A stretch of DNA of 63,736 nt, filler included, from Hyphochytrium catenoides (taxonomy: Eukaryota > Protista > Hyphochytriomycota): the NCBI GenBank assembly GCA_900088475.1. It is 12 parts of 12 records of this genome, joined end to end, with 100 filler letters (N's around TTAATTAATTAA, not from the genome) between each part and the next. Parts side by side here need not be neighbours in the genome. Positions count along the whole stretch, not along the records: positions 18,803 to 27,059 come from FLMG01001893.1; positions 27,160 to 40,405 come from FLMG01002742.1; 10 more parts are not named here. One strand, given 5' to 3'. The notes under the pieces were generated by a model. The model saw nothing but the letters and a program-made list of their open reading frames with translations, had not been told where the DNA came from and did not search any database. Positions 24,880-39,300 of this stretch are shown piece after piece. How positions within the stretch are numbered: position 1 is the stretch's first letter; the number at the start of each line of letters is the position of its first letter. Position numbers and translations under genes: made by a program.

Positions 24880-25567
24880 GAGACAGAGAGAGAGACAGAG
24901 ACCCACACAGAAAGAGAGAAAAAGGCAGTAAGTTTTTTTAGGGGAGAGAGAGGGAAGAGACAGATTAAAACGAGGAAGAGGCAGAGAGATGAGAAGAGAC
25001 ATGCACAGGTCGTAGATCGCAGAGAGGCAGAGAGGGTTGCTATCTCAACGCTGCAGCGCAGTCTTCCCATCACGCCTCACTCTGTGAGGAGAGAGAAGCA
25101 GCTGCGGAAGGGTCTTGCCTGCAAAGGAAGGAAGGAACTGCTGAGCACACACATCGTTTTGTGAAGCTCTCTCTCATGCTCTGCTAGGCATCACTCCGCC
25201 TCGTGGGCTCTGGCACCTCTTCATTCTCTGCCTCGTCCAGGAGTCCTAGCACCCTGCCAGGCTGCCGCTAGTGCCTCTCCTACCTATTCATGTCTTCTGT
25301 TGCCCCGTCAAGGGCAATCCAAGCAACAGGGAAACCTCGGTAAATTCACTATATTTCTTACTCTTTCTCTCTCTCTCATCTTAAAACTTCAAACTTCCTG
25401 CTCCTTTGCCCTTTCGCTCCGTCCAGCTCCCCATCAAACGCCTCTAACATCGCAGTTCCTTCTGCCGGGCTCTACACACATACTAAATGCCTCAACTTGA
25501 TAGCTATCTCACAGCTCAAGATTACCTTTCTCTGTCTCTCTCTCCCTCTGTGTGTGTGTGTCCAGCA

Positions 25568-27059
25568 TCGACCCCAGCGAATATGCAAAGCAGAGAGCTG
25601 CAAAAGTCCAGCACGCTAAGGATCTAAGGGAACAGCGCAAGTCAGGATTTATAGAGGCAGAGGAACCTGAAGCTCCTACCAAGCAAGTGTAAGGATCTAC
25701 ACATAAAGATATGCCCTCCTCTTGTGACCTCCCTTGGTCTTTATCGCCATTGGTCCTTTTGGGCGTCTCTCTCTCTCTCTCCTCTCTTTCTCTTCTCTCT
25801 TTCTCTCTGTGTGTCTCTTTCTGTCTCTGTCTCTTTCTCTGCTTCTACCTCGTTATCTATTAATCGTTTCCCTTCTATGTCCCGTGTCGCTGGCACGCAT
25901 ACGGGTTAGAAGAGCATTAGACCCGTGCACCCTGTGATGCATCCCTCGATCCCTCACTGTGCCCAATGTCTGGGCTGAATAGCTGCACCGTTTTCCCTCG
26001 CCATGTTCCTAATTTCACTGTTCATCCCATGCGCCTCACTCCCAGGGGACGTGCCGCCACTGGCACACGCCGTGAGGTTCAAGCTGCTCCTCCCGACACG
26101 CTCGACCAGTTTTACCAGTCCGAAGTTAGGAGACTGCCTACGCCTAGGAGGAACGAAGGACAGCAGCAGGTGACACAAAGGAGACAAAAGAAAAGGAGCT
26201 GCATACGATGAGTAGCATGATCTGAGTTCTCCTTCTGGCTTATTCTCTCTATCGCCTACCTTTATCCATGGCTTCTCATGTCCTTGCTGGTTACTGCCTT
26301 ATCCTTTCTACCATGAAACTTAATCTCCCTTGTTATCTCTGTCTCTCTCTTCCATTCTCTGTCTCTCTCTCTCTGATCGCTTGCTGTCCTTTCTTCTTCC
26401 GGCTCATTGTCGCGTCGCTGTGCAAAATTCTGGTCAGGAGTGTCTCTCGGGAGACCCAGGTAAGAACAGAATTTTCTGCCTTAAGGAGGTCTCCCAGCCC
26501 AACCTCCATAGTTCCTGCTCTATGATATAAAGCTGACACGCAATCCTGTTAATTTTGTTGCCCTTCCACACATTGCCTCCTGGTTAAAGGTCTTGATAGT
26601 TTAGCTCACGAGGTCAAGAGGAAGACCGGCTTCGACATCCCAGAGCAGCCCGCCAGCGCCCGCAGCCAGCGCTCCCAGACCTCTCAGCTCTCACAACATT
26701 CCCACTCTTCCCAAGCCAGCACCAGTGCTGCCGTTCAACCAGAAAGAGGCCAGCGTGGAAGAGTAGAACAACCGATAGGGAAGGATCTAAGAGTAAAAGG
26801 AAGAGAACAGCTCTCTGAATCCGATATGAATCCCCACCAAAAGGAATCGCTGCGTCTCCTCAAGAGTAAGATAGCTAACAGAAGAAGCAGTTCCAGAGGC
26901 AGTTTTGGCGCCTATCAGCCAGAGCTGGAAGGCAACAACGTCGAACAACCGGTTCGTCTATCAACAGAAAGTGTCCTCTTCTGCTAAAGTGTCTCTTCCG
27001 CCACCCCGACGCTCCCCACCTCCCCAGATCATCAAGCTTACTGTCTCTACCTTGCGCTC
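25568..27059 (+). CDS. Hypothetical multi-exon protein, truncated at contig end
   Basis: Coding-like exons IDPSEYAKQRAAKVQHAKDLREQRK and DMNPHQKESLRLLKSKIANRR, separated by CT-rich introns. Confidence 0.4.
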
Positions 27060-27250
27060 NNNNNNNNNNNNNNNNNNNNNNNNNNNNNNNNNNNNNNNNN
27101 NNNTTAATTAATTAANNNNNNNNNNNNNNNNNNNNNNNNNNNNNNNNNNNNNNNNNNNNTTTTCTTTGTCCCTGTAAATCTCTCGGCGGATTTCCAATTC
27201 TCAGTTTCTTCCCAGTAAAAGTACTGCCTGCCAGTTTTGATGTGATGATG

Positions 27251-27335
27251 TGATGAAAGCGATTTCGCGTGACCCGATGACCTAACTTACACCAGTACCT
27301 GATGATGAAAGCGATGGTGCGTGACCCGATGACCT
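27251..27335. repeat. Imperfect 33-bp direct repeat, 2 copies
   Basis: TGATGAAAGCGATnnnGCGTGACCCGATGACCT at 27251 and 27303. Confidence 0.8.
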
Positions 27336-27872
27336 GATGACTGCTCTGGAGGACTACGACTCCCTAGAACTCCAGCGGACAACCGCAATGCATGTCTCCT
27401 CCCTTTGTTCATAGACCCATTGACCTCATCATTCAAGTCTACTCGTAGTAGAAACACGAAAATCTCTTCGTGAGTATGAGTACAGACTTAGAGTGGTAGT
27501 TCTAATTGTTGACGTTGGCAGCTCCTTTGGTACTGTTGGGTGTTCCACTACTTGAGGTTCCATCAAAATGAAATTTTTTCCTTGTTCTGCTTCCCATCTT
27601 GAGGAGGACGGTGTAATACAAGCAAACCGATTCCCCCCCCTTCCCACATCACAGTCCGCCTCATTCGTAGTCGACTCCTCCTCGTCAGGTACTGGTACCC
27701 AAGCCCGTCATTGCTCAACTGCTGCAACTTAACTCAGCCAAGCTCGTTCCGCAACTTACACAGAGCCAGTACCTCGAGACTGGAGGACACGGAGTCCTCC
27801 ATCGACCTCACCTGGTACACAACAGTAGCAGGCCCGCAGTTGCTTAGAGACAGAGGTGGACTGACGGCTAAG

Positions 27873-28428
27873 ATGCCGAATTCTAGAGAAAGCAGCCACA
27901 GCGATGACGATGAACCGCTAGCAGCAAAGTATGTGAGACGCTAGGATAATAGTCTAGTGCATATTACCTTGGCCATCTGACTAGTTTTACGCATGTGTAC
28001 CAGGCGGCTAAAGGTATCTGTAGTAGCCAACGCCAAGGAGCAGGAGAAGAATAGAAGGACCAATCACAACGCTGTTGAAAAGCGGCGACAACGAAGAATC
28101 AAGGATGCCATCGCGCAGCTTGACCAGGTTCTGAAGGTGATACTAACCAATGCGGTCAACTTACTAGAGTATACCGGCTAACGTTCGCTAACTTTTCCTT
28201 TATAGAAGCACAAAGTTGTGACTAAGGGTGACAAAGCTTCAGTTCTCGAGGCAGCTGCTAACTTTATCGATGTAAGAATCTGTTCGTTACGTTATCCAGT
28301 TTTAGAGCCACCGCCTCTGACAGTCTCTTGTGCAGCAACTGAGAGTACAAATTCACGAGACGGAGGAGGAGAACAACCAGATGAAGGAGTGGATCAAGCA
28401 TAACGCGGGTGGGAAGGCCTACAACTAG
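27873..28428 (+). CDS. Small bHLH-ZIP transcription factor (Max/Mlx-like), 4 exons
   Basis: RRTNHNAVEKRRQRRIKDAIAQLDQVLK / KGDKASVLEAAANFID / QLRVQIHETEEENNQMK; GT-AG introns are in phase. Confidence 0.85.
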
Positions 28429-28567
28429 TGCAACGTTAAAAGTGCTTCTCTGTACCATACCGTTATCTGTATATTGAAGTAGGGTGAAGTCAACCAACTG
28501 GTGGCACGCGAGGGTTTCAATATAAGTTCCCTAGGCGGGAAGACAAAGGCAAGACAATAGAATAATG

Positions 28568-29530
28568 CTACATTTCGGAGTCCTTCAATGGTCTTCCTAA
28601 TAACCTCGTAAGCAGAGCTTTGTCCCTAAATGTATCTGGTTGAAGGAAGAAAGGCTTTCCTTTCACTTTAAAGTGAAGAAAGGGAACCTTGGATGTAGGA
28701 TGAGGCTCAACGTCGGACATCTTGAAAGACGTCCTTACAGGTAGAGTGAGTAGCGAGTAGGTCTCAGCAGTATAGGTCGGGTCACCATTCCCACCATCCT
28801 CCTGCTTTATCCAAAATTTGCTTACATATGGCCTGAAGACGACATGGAAAAAGATTGTCGTGGTAATGCCAAAGAACTATGGACTTGCGTTAGTTTGACG
28901 GCGAAAGCGGAGGAAGCGCGCCAGAGTGTTACTTACATAGAGAGTTCCACCAATCGCGTACTGTCAACGAAGAGGAATGGCATAACGTAAGACTCCAGTT
29001 GTAAGAAGTGTCAAAGGAGGCACTCGTACCAGGCCCTTTTGGGATACACCAGAGTCAAAAACCGTTGTAAGGATCGGCAGCCCCAGGACCGTGGTAACAG
29101 CCGAAACTATTGAAACGCGTTTTAGAGTTCTGATCTCTTTGGCGAATGGTGCCTCAAATATCAAGGCCCCGAGTTCATCTCCCTTTTCCTCGCTGCCGTC
29201 GTCCTGTAGGTGAGATTTATTACTCTATTATTAGGTCACTTGCTAAGACGCCGCAAAGGTTCTTACCCGTACAGGTTTAGCAGAAGAAAGTGGTTCCCGT
29301 TGTGGCACCACTGAGCGGTTAGCTGAGGAGTCTACCGAAAACGCTCGTATGGAGGCTCGAGAGAAGCTATACCCATCCGGCAAACGTAGTCTGTACGTCT
29401 TCAGTTTAGAATCAACTGTCCTCTGCGATAGGACAGGAGCTGATAGTGAGTTGCAACGCAAGGCGCTCGCTTTAAGCCACAGACACCGGTTGGCAGCGCG
29501 AGGAGCTGACATACTGATTGCAACCACCAT
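28568..29530 (-). CDS. TMEM70: TMEM70-like mitochondrial ATP synthase assembly factor (multi-exon)
   Basis: Arg/Ser-rich presequence-like N-terminus; IFEAPFAKEIRTLKRVSIVSA plus two TM helices, FGITTTIFFHVVFRPYV, AETYSLL, FKVKGKPFFL. Confidence 0.75.
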
Positions 29531-30350
29531 AGTTCGTCAGTTCCAGCAAATGATGGGTGCCAGAAAGAAGAAAGTTTAGAAAATTGTTGAGTGTCCGTTG
29601 ATGTACGGCATGAAAGCAGGAGCAGAATCAAGATGCTGATGATGCTCTCCACCAGCTCTTTCTCCTGTGTTTGTTCCACCAAGAAGGGAGAATGTTGGAT
29701 AAGAAAGGTGATGATGTGATGATGGACACGATTCCGTAAGGCCATGGCTTTTACTTGTAGGAGACCAACACACCAAATGCCTGGACCAAACTAACAGATT
29801 TTGTCTGCGCTAGTTTATATCTGATAATCAGTTAACATAACTGAAAAGATTTTTGAGATCCTTGCTAGACGGTAACCGCTAGCCTTGAAAGGTTGTGCAA
29901 TTGTGCCGGCCGCAGTAAAGAAGAAAGACCTCATGCACCATAGAGATTTGCCGTTGCTTGTTCTGTACAGCTCGTAGTCTACCCCGCAGGCCTTCAATCT
30001 CCGCTGCTTGTCTCAACTCGTCTTTCTTCCTTGGACCACAGCCGACCAAAGAAATACCACGGCACCGCTCCGCTCCTGGTTGTTCTCCGCCTAAGATCGG
30101 TCTGACATGAGGAAAGACCAGCTTCATTGAGCATAGACAGTCTTAACAGTGTACAAGAGCAGAAAAGGCCAATCATGACTATCTTACAGAAATGTGTGCG
30201 GCCCAAACCAAGACGCAGCCATAGAAAGCATGTCTGACCCTATTATGTGCCTTAGTGACCATTGAAGATCTTGAAAGAGTGGACTGATAGTTCGCCCCAT
30301 CTCCAACACTACATGGCGCTTAGTTTCACTTTCCCACAGCTCCCACCAGT

Positions 30351-33300
30351 ATGAGTCTTGAAGAAGAGACTCCACCTGTGCGGATACAGGTAGGAGGTAA
30401 CTCCACAATCCCACCCATGGACATCCCCTCGGTTGCTGCTAGCGACCAGGTTGTCTCAGCCCACCCCGCTGCATTAGTGGCACCGCTCCAGGCGGAAGTG
30501 GTCCCACCCCCTGGCACAGGTATCTCGTACAGCTTGTCGATGCTTTTCCCGGCACTGACTTCAGCTCCCAAATAGCCTCCAAACGCTCCGCCACGGAGAC
30601 GCCAAAGTTGACTCCGGCGGAGGAGGGGCGCGAAAGGCTGAATCCAGACGATTTCATCCTCCGCGATACCGAAGAATGCCTATACGAACTCCTCTTGAAG
30701 CTAGCTTCAAAAGACATTAAAGACTCTATGCAGGGGCGTACGCCTGTCAATGGCTCTGATCGTTGCGGCTACGGAACGTCGATGACAGCTCATTTCGAGG
30801 TAAAGTCTTTGACAGCAGACCAGCAATGAGAAAAGCAAGAACTAAGTAGTCATCGCAGCGATTACGACGAGCTTCACAAAATGTTCTGCGCGAGAAGGCA
30901 ACATATGAGCAGAAGATACTACTTGCTGAGGTCAGCTTTCCTAAATACATACTCCGATGGACATCTAGGCAACTAACTGCGTTGATAGAGCTCATCCAAA
31001 CTGCGTTACCGCGGAAAATGTGATAGCAGCACCCCAGAAACCAAGTCCACGTTAAGGACCGGCTGGGAGGTCGCTACGCAGCTTCTAAAACAAATTCGTA
31101 ATCAGTCTCCTGAAATGTTCACTTTAGCTCTGGAGATTATCAGGAAGAACCTATTGTGCTCCAGGCCACTTTCGTTCAGTGATAATGCGCAGGTTTCGAA
31201 GTCCGCCTTGGAGGCGATTGACAACTTCTGCGGGTTTCTGTCGGCGACAGCAGGCGCCCACCCCTCCCTTTCCATTAGCGCTGAAATTGTGTCTGTCCTC
31301 TCGGAACTATCCATCGCTCGAGCGTCATTACCCATATTACTATCAGCTATCTGCTGGTGTCTACAAGCTCCTTCGCAGGCAAACGTGAGTCCCAAAATAA
31401 GTATTGTCCTCTCTGCGAAAGGAAGAGAGCTAACGTTTACTTACTAGATCAATCTTGCGAGACCACTTGCAGCCTTAGCTTCGATATCTGAAAAGCAGCT
31501 GTACGGGGTTGGTTTGCCAATGGGAGAGCTCTATGCTTGTGGTCAAAACAGCTACGGCGAACTTAGTATCGGTGACGATGTTGAGAGGCATGCGCTGGCC
31601 AAGTCTCAACATTCCGGTAGTCATATTGTCCAGGTCACAGGCGGAAACGAGGTTGTCGCAGCGGTCACTGGCGATGGAACTTTGCTAACGTGTGGCCTCA
31701 ACAAGAGCGGACAGTGCGGTCAGGGACACTTCAGCGAGCGGGTAATAACTCTCACACCCGTTGTCGGCTTTGGGGATCAGAGAGTTGTTAAGGCTATAGC
31801 AGGCAATGGCTCAGAGCACATGTTTGCAATAACTAGTGAGGGAAAATTATATTCCTGGGGGTTCAACGATAGGGGTCAGCTAGGACAGGGTAGCGCCACC
31901 ACAAAACTTAGCACTCCGAAGCCCATTGAAGCCTTACGGCATAAGACGATTCTAGGCGGAGCGCTAAGCTATCATCACAGTGCTGTATTCACAGAATCAG
32001 GAGAGTTATTCACCTTCGGTAAGTCACCATCACACTGGATCCAAGAATCATGAACTTACGATGCTCTTTAGGTATGAACGACTGTGGGCAACTTGGCATT
32101 GACAGTACGCAGCATCAGGATCTTCCTCAGCTCGTGACCCTTCTTGGTGGGCAACAGGTCCAAGGAGCTGGTTGCGGGCTTTATCACACTGTGGTCTGCA
32201 CTGTTCGTGGAGAAGTCTATTCGTTTGGAAAGAATGACTATGGCCAGCTAGGGTTAGGGCACAACAAACATGTAAAGGTGCCTTGCGTGGTCCATCTGCC
32301 AAACAATGACAAGGCTATCTCCGTTAGTTGCGGATACTATCACACTATTATTGTGTGTGACAGTGGTAGCGTTTACTCCTTTGGTAGAAATGATTATGGA
32401 CAGCTCGGAATCGGAAACAAAGTCAACCAAAACGCCCCCCAGAAAGTCCAGTTGATGAATGATAACATAACCGCAGCAGCTTGTGGGTGTTATCACACTC
32501 TGCTCCTTGGAGGAACCAGCAAGGTCTTTGTCTTTGGGCGAAACAATAAGGGGCAGCTTGGGAATAGGTCGACCATGGATGCTCCAGCCCCCATTCCACT
32601 CACCCTTCGAGAAAGTATTGCCAAAAGGAAGATTCTTGGAGTTGCTGCAGGCTTCTATAGCTCATACGTTACGGTAGAGCATATAGGAGAAAACAGTCAG
32701 ACACAGCCCCTTCGGACTCTCTGTGGCCGCATAGATGTTGATCCATATGGGGAGGTGGAAGGTCTGAGCAACTTTGGCTCTGTCCATGCATCCGGTATCT
32801 CTCTAACTTCTGGCAAATGGTACTACGAGGTCGAGGTTGTTACCAGTGGGCTTATCCAGATTGGCTGGGCGGACGGTTACTTTCAAGCTAGCTCAGACCA
32901 GGGTGAAGGGGTAGGTGACCATCCGCATTCGTGGGCTTATGATGGGAATAGACAAAAGAGATGGAATCAGGGCGCGACATCTTACGGCGACCGTTGGGTC
33001 AACGGCGACGTTATTGGGTGCTACTTGGATTTGGAATCAGGAGATATGGCTTTTTCTCGTAATGGGACCAGCCTTGGTGTTGCTTTTGGCAATATCAGAT
33101 GCGATCCCGAGGATCTTAGATCAGGCTTATGGCCAGCGATCAGCTTAGAAAGGAATCAGCTCATTAGGATTAACTTAGGCCTTCGACCTTTTAGATATTG
33201 TTCCCTAAACGTAGGCTTCCGGTCAGTGCTTGAAGCCTTTGCCCAGCCAAGCTCAGTTGCAACGGTTGAGCCTGTGGAGGCTTCCGGTGATGTATCTCCT

Positions 33301-36300
33301 TTAGGCGACATTAGAGGCTATCGATCCGTGACTGTCGGCGACGATGTCTTCGTGGTTGGTGGGGATCTTCGAGGTAACGATGACCAATTCAACCCCACAA
33401 CTCAGACATGGGTATTCCGCCAAAGATTGGGGCTTTGGCAGCCGTGGGTCCCGCTTCCGGAGCCTGTGCGCCATCATCAACTTGTCGCGGTAGAAGACTA
33501 CCTCGTCGTCATTGGCGGAGAAAGTAGCGATGACTCCTCTTCTCGACACATGAAGATATGGAGATGCGATACGTCTGCTCAATCACTTCAAGAGGCTTCG
33601 TGGGAAGTGATCAAAACAAGGGGCAGTGCTGACAACACAGTCCCCAAGGGCAGAGCTCATCATGCTGTAGCAGTTATCACTGTCAAGCCGGTGGCGCAGA
33701 TATTTCTTTATGGAGGACGCTGCACGATGGATTGCTTTTTAGATGACAGTTGGTCCATCTCCATGAATGACTGGACTTGGTGCCAGCTACCAAATCCTAG
33801 TGCACCAAGTCCGGGGCCGAGGATGTCAAGCGGAGCCACAGCTGTTGGGGAGTGGGTCTACATCTTTGGTGGCCAGACCCCAACTATGGCAGCTCGAGCT
33901 GATCTTTGGCGCTATAATACGTTTGAGCAAGTCTGGCAGCTTTGTTATTCTGACCTGGGAATAAGAAGAGGAAATGAGGCCCTGGCAGCCTCCCATATGG
34001 CGATTCCGGCCGCAAGAGCGCGACACAGTCTTATTTCGGATAGTGCTAATCTTTGGTTGTTTGGGGGTACAGATCTATCTCGGCAACCGCTAAGTGATCT
34101 CTGGAGATACTCTCTCCTCTCGGAAAGATGGTCTAGAGTGAACCTCTCTATGCGTTCGGCGCCTTCGCAAGTTCAGGCAGTAGAATTCTCTTTCAAGGGT
34201 ACTCTGATGGCCTCCCTTGGTCCTCCTTGCCTCTTGAAAGGGGACTCCACAGAAGCCAGTCAGGGTTATGTGGCTCAGGCGACCCAGCTTTCCGTATTCA
34301 ATGGCCAGTTATGGAGGCTTCAAGGCATCAAGAGGAAGGTGAAGAACAAGGTGACGGGGTCTGGAGCCTCCTTTGTGGTAGACACTTCCGCCGATATGTC
34401 CTCCCAGTCAGTCCTAAGCTATTACGCAATCTATCTCAATGTCCCTACCATGATTTCTGGAGATTATGAGGTAGCCCTTGCCGCGACCACATCCAGTGCA
34501 CAGGGGGTGTCTGCTCTTCATGGCGGAATCTGCATGTTGGCTCATCTCGACCGATTGGCCTGTTCTTCCTTGTTGCCAAGCTCTACTGACCAACCTGTGC
34601 AGCCTTCAAACTGTGATTACCGGACCTTATGCATTTTCCCTAGCAGTGACACATTCGAATGCCTCCTGAGAATGATTTCGGGGCTGATGGAAAGGTTAGT
34701 GGGGCAAACAGGACACCATCTCTCTCAGGGGCAGAAACAAGAGTCAGGGCTTGACCTAAAGGTAATCTACCCTCTGCAAGCAACTCTACGCATTTTGAAG
34801 GTCAACCTCTTCGAAGTCCACAGAGCTAGCGTTCCCTTGGATACCTGTGGCCTGGCGTTGAGAGGCAAGGAAACGCTTTGTGGTAGACTACGCCAAGTTC
34901 TCTTTGAAGTGATTGAGAAAGTCAGCTCCTTGATCACGGCAAAGAATAAGGGCACGGAGGAAAACGCGCTACCTTTAGAGTTGGTTCTAGAGGAGGCCAT
35001 ATCAGCTGTCCATGTGGGCATTTCGGTCCTCTTCCCCACGGTCACTGAGCGCACCCTTTTATTGGTCGACCAAGTGAGAAGCTATATGCGAACATTTGAC
35101 ACAAAGTCTCAAACCACTCTGCAACCTTCGGCTAACACAAGTCATATCCTCCTCCCCTTTCTTCTGCCGAGCTATGTATCCAACGCCGAACTCTTTGCTA
35201 TCGTTTCAAGCCTCACAGGACCAGGCGGCAACGATTGTCTTGAATACTTGACAGCGCTTACTGATCTACTGCTTGACTTAGTCATCACAGACTACAGGAT
35301 GATTTGGGAGTTGCATCTCGTGAATTCTGCGGAAGAGCTGCTTAGGAATGTGGAAGCGAGTATTCCCGCTCAATGTCTGCAGCTTCTTCATCAAGCAGCC
35401 ATTGTTTGCGCGACCACTCATCACAACGAAGGAGGCGATGGGGAGGCAATAGCTTCGAGCTTTGCCCTTAGTTTTGCCGCCAAGGCTTTGCAATACTCTT
35501 CGCAGCTTCTCACTTTTATGCTGGAGAGTTTAAAGCCCTTTTGTGAAGATATTGGCAAAGCATACAGCACTCCGCGTCCTCGGCTTACATCTGCATTGGA
35601 GTTTCTTCGGTCCACGTTGTGCTGCAATCTCTTGTCTTCGATTCTCCAGAGTTTACCTCATTTTGCGGTAAAGGTATCAGTCCGCACTGGGAGTTTGATG
35701 GAGGAACTCTGGGTCCATACAGAGAGACTCCTAACGTTACTGAAGGACCTCCATTCACTCCACCCAACGGACTTTGTAGAGGAAGCCACGAAGGAGGAAG
35801 AGCAAAAAACAGATAGTAAACTGCCAAGTAGGTCTTTGCCTCAAAGCTGGGTTGTGGTTTCAAAGAGACTATCTGCCGTCATCTTTCCTGGGCCAGCGAA
35901 ACAGCCGATCTATGAGCTGACCTCGGTCTACTGTGCTCTGTGGCTGCATCTTCAAAGCACAAGATGCTCCTTGCAAGTACCTCGGGGTTACATGACCTCG
36001 AATTGCGGCCTAGGCGGCGCCTGGGAAAGCAACAATGGTAGAATGGTCGGCGTGGTCTTAAACGGGGATGTCAAAGCTGTACTTAGAGCTGATGTGCTGG
36101 TTGTGGGCGTGTTCTCGTCTTCCGCATTGGGAACAAATAATGATTGCCTCACAGCTGCAGATGTCCCGTACGACTCGGTAGACTTCAGTTACTCCTCGCT
36201 TGTGCTCTCTTCTCATCTCACGCCCGTGTCTACGAGGAAAGGTACGACCAATTCAATGGATTTGAGAACAGAAAATCAAGGACAACCCTCAAGGCCTGAG

Positions 36301-39300
36301 GGTCAACTACAGCCCACCAGTGCGTATAATTCAGAAAGGTCTTCGCTATCAATAAACACCCAACTGGTGTGCCTTTCTAGTGCTTTAGGATGGGATAACA
36401 GACTACCACTATCAGATAATGCTGGCTACGCTGCCAACTTGAGGAATAACGGTACTCATCGGGTTGTTACCTTCACGAGTACAAGCGACATCTCTCCCGT
36501 CTTGTGGCGAGATGAATTAGTAAAGACTCTCTCCTGGATAGGCGCTCAGTATGGACACGGCTTAACTCGTACTGCACCTCCCTCTGTGCTTGAAGTCAAA
36601 CACAAGAACTGGACGGATTTAGAACTGCTTCGAGGGGGCCTAATAATTGATGACTCGACCTCCTCGAAAGTCGTCATGGACGGCCCCCGTCTCCCACTAG
36701 AGCAGCTCATACTTTTGGAGAAAGACGGTAAATTCTTAATGGACAGATTGAAAGATGCCATGGAACAGGGTGTAGGGAGTTTGGAAGCACATCTCAGACC
36801 TAGCACGCCAAGGCTCCGAAGAGTAGATAGCATGGACAGGCTCCTTGAGAGGAATGGTAGCTTGAGGATGGTCGATAAAGCTGTCCGAGCAACTTTGGCA
36901 GCGCTGCTACGTCACAGCTACTGGCCCTATCTCCATCCTTTAATGGACGTTGCCAATGGAGCTCCTAGTGAGCGATTATTGCAGACATACAGCTTTGCGC
37001 TGCAGATAAGACATTGGATTGTGCAGGAGCAGCAGAAGCTGGCCGCCGGCAAGAGTCAGGTTGAGCTCATTGACCGCTCGGAAGACACAAAAAACAAAAA
37101 CTTCCAGTTGTACGAAGAAGTGTGTGATGGAGTGGTAAAACGAGCATCTCTTCTACTGCAACTTAGTCCAGCCTTCATTTCTAAACTTTTAGGCGCTCAA
37201 GCACCCTCACCGCCGGGTCCAGCTTTGAAAGAGAGTGCAGTTTCCGGCACTTTCACGGAGGAGATGGAGTATTATGACGAGAGGATACGGTCACAAGTAA
37301 TAAGCTTCCTTAAGGCTGCGAATTCGTCAGGGCCTACTAGGCTTCAACAAGGGCCTCTGTCTCTTCAGGAACACCTTAACCAAACGACTCTTTTTACTGA
37401 TGAGATCAAGAATGTATTGCAAATACAGTCTGAACGAGGCCGGGGCCGCGTCAGAGGCCTTGAAATCTTCACAAAGGCCCTTGAGCTTACAGAATATGTG
37501 CCAGCGTGTCGTCTTCATATATTGCCACTGTTAGGCTCCTCTTTCAGGGAACTCTCTGAGGGCACCGAGCACAAACCGACGACTGGGAGATCACGTATTT
37601 CACTACAACCAACTGCAAAACTTTCGTTCTTTCAGGATGTGGAGTTAGCCCCCAATGCCGTGAGGTAAGAATTGAGAACTTGAGCTTAGTATACTCTATT
37701 GAGAACTCGTCGTGCTAAGGCTGCATATTTCTTCCTTTCCTGAGAATGGGGTGTCCCTTCCTTCCCTCGGACTACATTAGTTGATCCTCCAGCACGCCAC
37801 ATCTTATCTTCTATCACCCTGCATTGTTGGCTTTTTGGTGTAAGCTAAGAAATACGTTACAGAGATATGATTCGTCAAGCTTTCTTCACCATCATGGGAA
37901 AGCTCGTCAAAGACGTAAGTGGGAGAATGAAGACCATGTATGGTTCTCTGGTGACATCGACCGACCCGAACTTCAGGGCAGCAGTGGTAACAGACTTCAA
38001 GGCTCTTGCGCAAGACTGTCTACTCTGTCTCGACGTCTGTGCTATGCCATTTTCAGCGGAAGATAGTGAGGATATTGATCGCTCTGGTCTCACTAGCCTA
38101 TTGGCGGAAACGGTAGAATGGTCAGGTTGGTTACCCCTCCTTACCGGAGTAGATTCTTCCCCCAAAACTCCGAGCTCCCGATCAAAGCAAGAAACCCCAA
38201 TTGGCGTCTGCCCGCTTATTCTGCCGATCGTTTCCCACACCTACTTTAAGCCATTTTGCTGCTCGGAATCTGTTGCAGTGGAGCACGGGGGGGGAGCTTG
38301 CCCCAGTCAAGGCGATAAGGGACAAGAGCTTGCTGGTTATAATGAATGTCTTGCAGTCCTAGCTGACTGGGATATAAAGGGCCGAAGCGTAACACGGTCC
38401 CCGAGCAAATCAGTAACCCTTAAGACTGGAGGTGTTGACCAAAGCCGGGAGGCATCTGCCCTTACTGATGTGCTGTCTCCGGGGGATATATCCGTCCGCA
38501 GGCCCCAAACAGTGCTCTCTACACAGTCGTTATTTCAAGGCCGGTGGTACTGGGAGGTAACAGAATCTTCAGGAATCAATGTTGCAGACCTTCAGGATTC
38601 AACCCGATTGGGTATTGGCTCTTACAAAGTAGATGTATATGAAGCATTTGGTAAAGGCTGCTACGGAATTCGGCAGGGATATGTTATTGTAGATGGAGTG
38701 AATATTCCTAATTCGAATGTCAAGTGGACTGCCAATCAGTCGCTGGGCTTTCTGCTGGACTGCGATGAGCGAACGCTCATGGTGTTCGCAGGAGCCACCA
38801 TTATGGCCACAATACCACTAAACAGTCGGGCCACAAGCGAGAGGCTCTCTAACCTTCAAAGTGGTTACGTAAGTGATGGACCCGAACCCTACTTTCCAGC
38901 TATATCCGTCGACACTGGAAGGGTAAAGGTTGAGTTCCCGCCGAATGTGCCCAACGCAGTCTCATCTCTGGCAGATAAGAGGCAGGAGCAGCTCAAGGCC
39001 TTTAGTGGTCAGTCCGTTGGCCTTCTTCCTTCTCAGTACGCCATCAGCGACCTGTTCTGGGACGCCAACCTGAAGGGTGGCAGTGTGATAGTCTTTGAGG
39101 ACGGCATTTCGGTCATGTTCCTTGAAGACGTTAGTGAGAGTGAGACAAGTAGCTCCATAGTAAGGACTTACAAGCCAATCGAGGGAAAGGTCTATTTTGA
39201 AGTTTCCCTCTTATCTTCAGCCGCAGAATCTTCACTCTCTCTGTTGTTTGGCGTGGTAAGTGGCGAGCAGTCCGCGTGGAAGCCTGAGATGAATTCATTC

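Noticed and set aside
27241-27345. CTGATGA...GAAA as a hammerhead ribozyme or C/D-box snoRNA
   Set aside because: There is no room for stem II and no closing stems or guide complementarity could be identified; a short direct repeat explains it.
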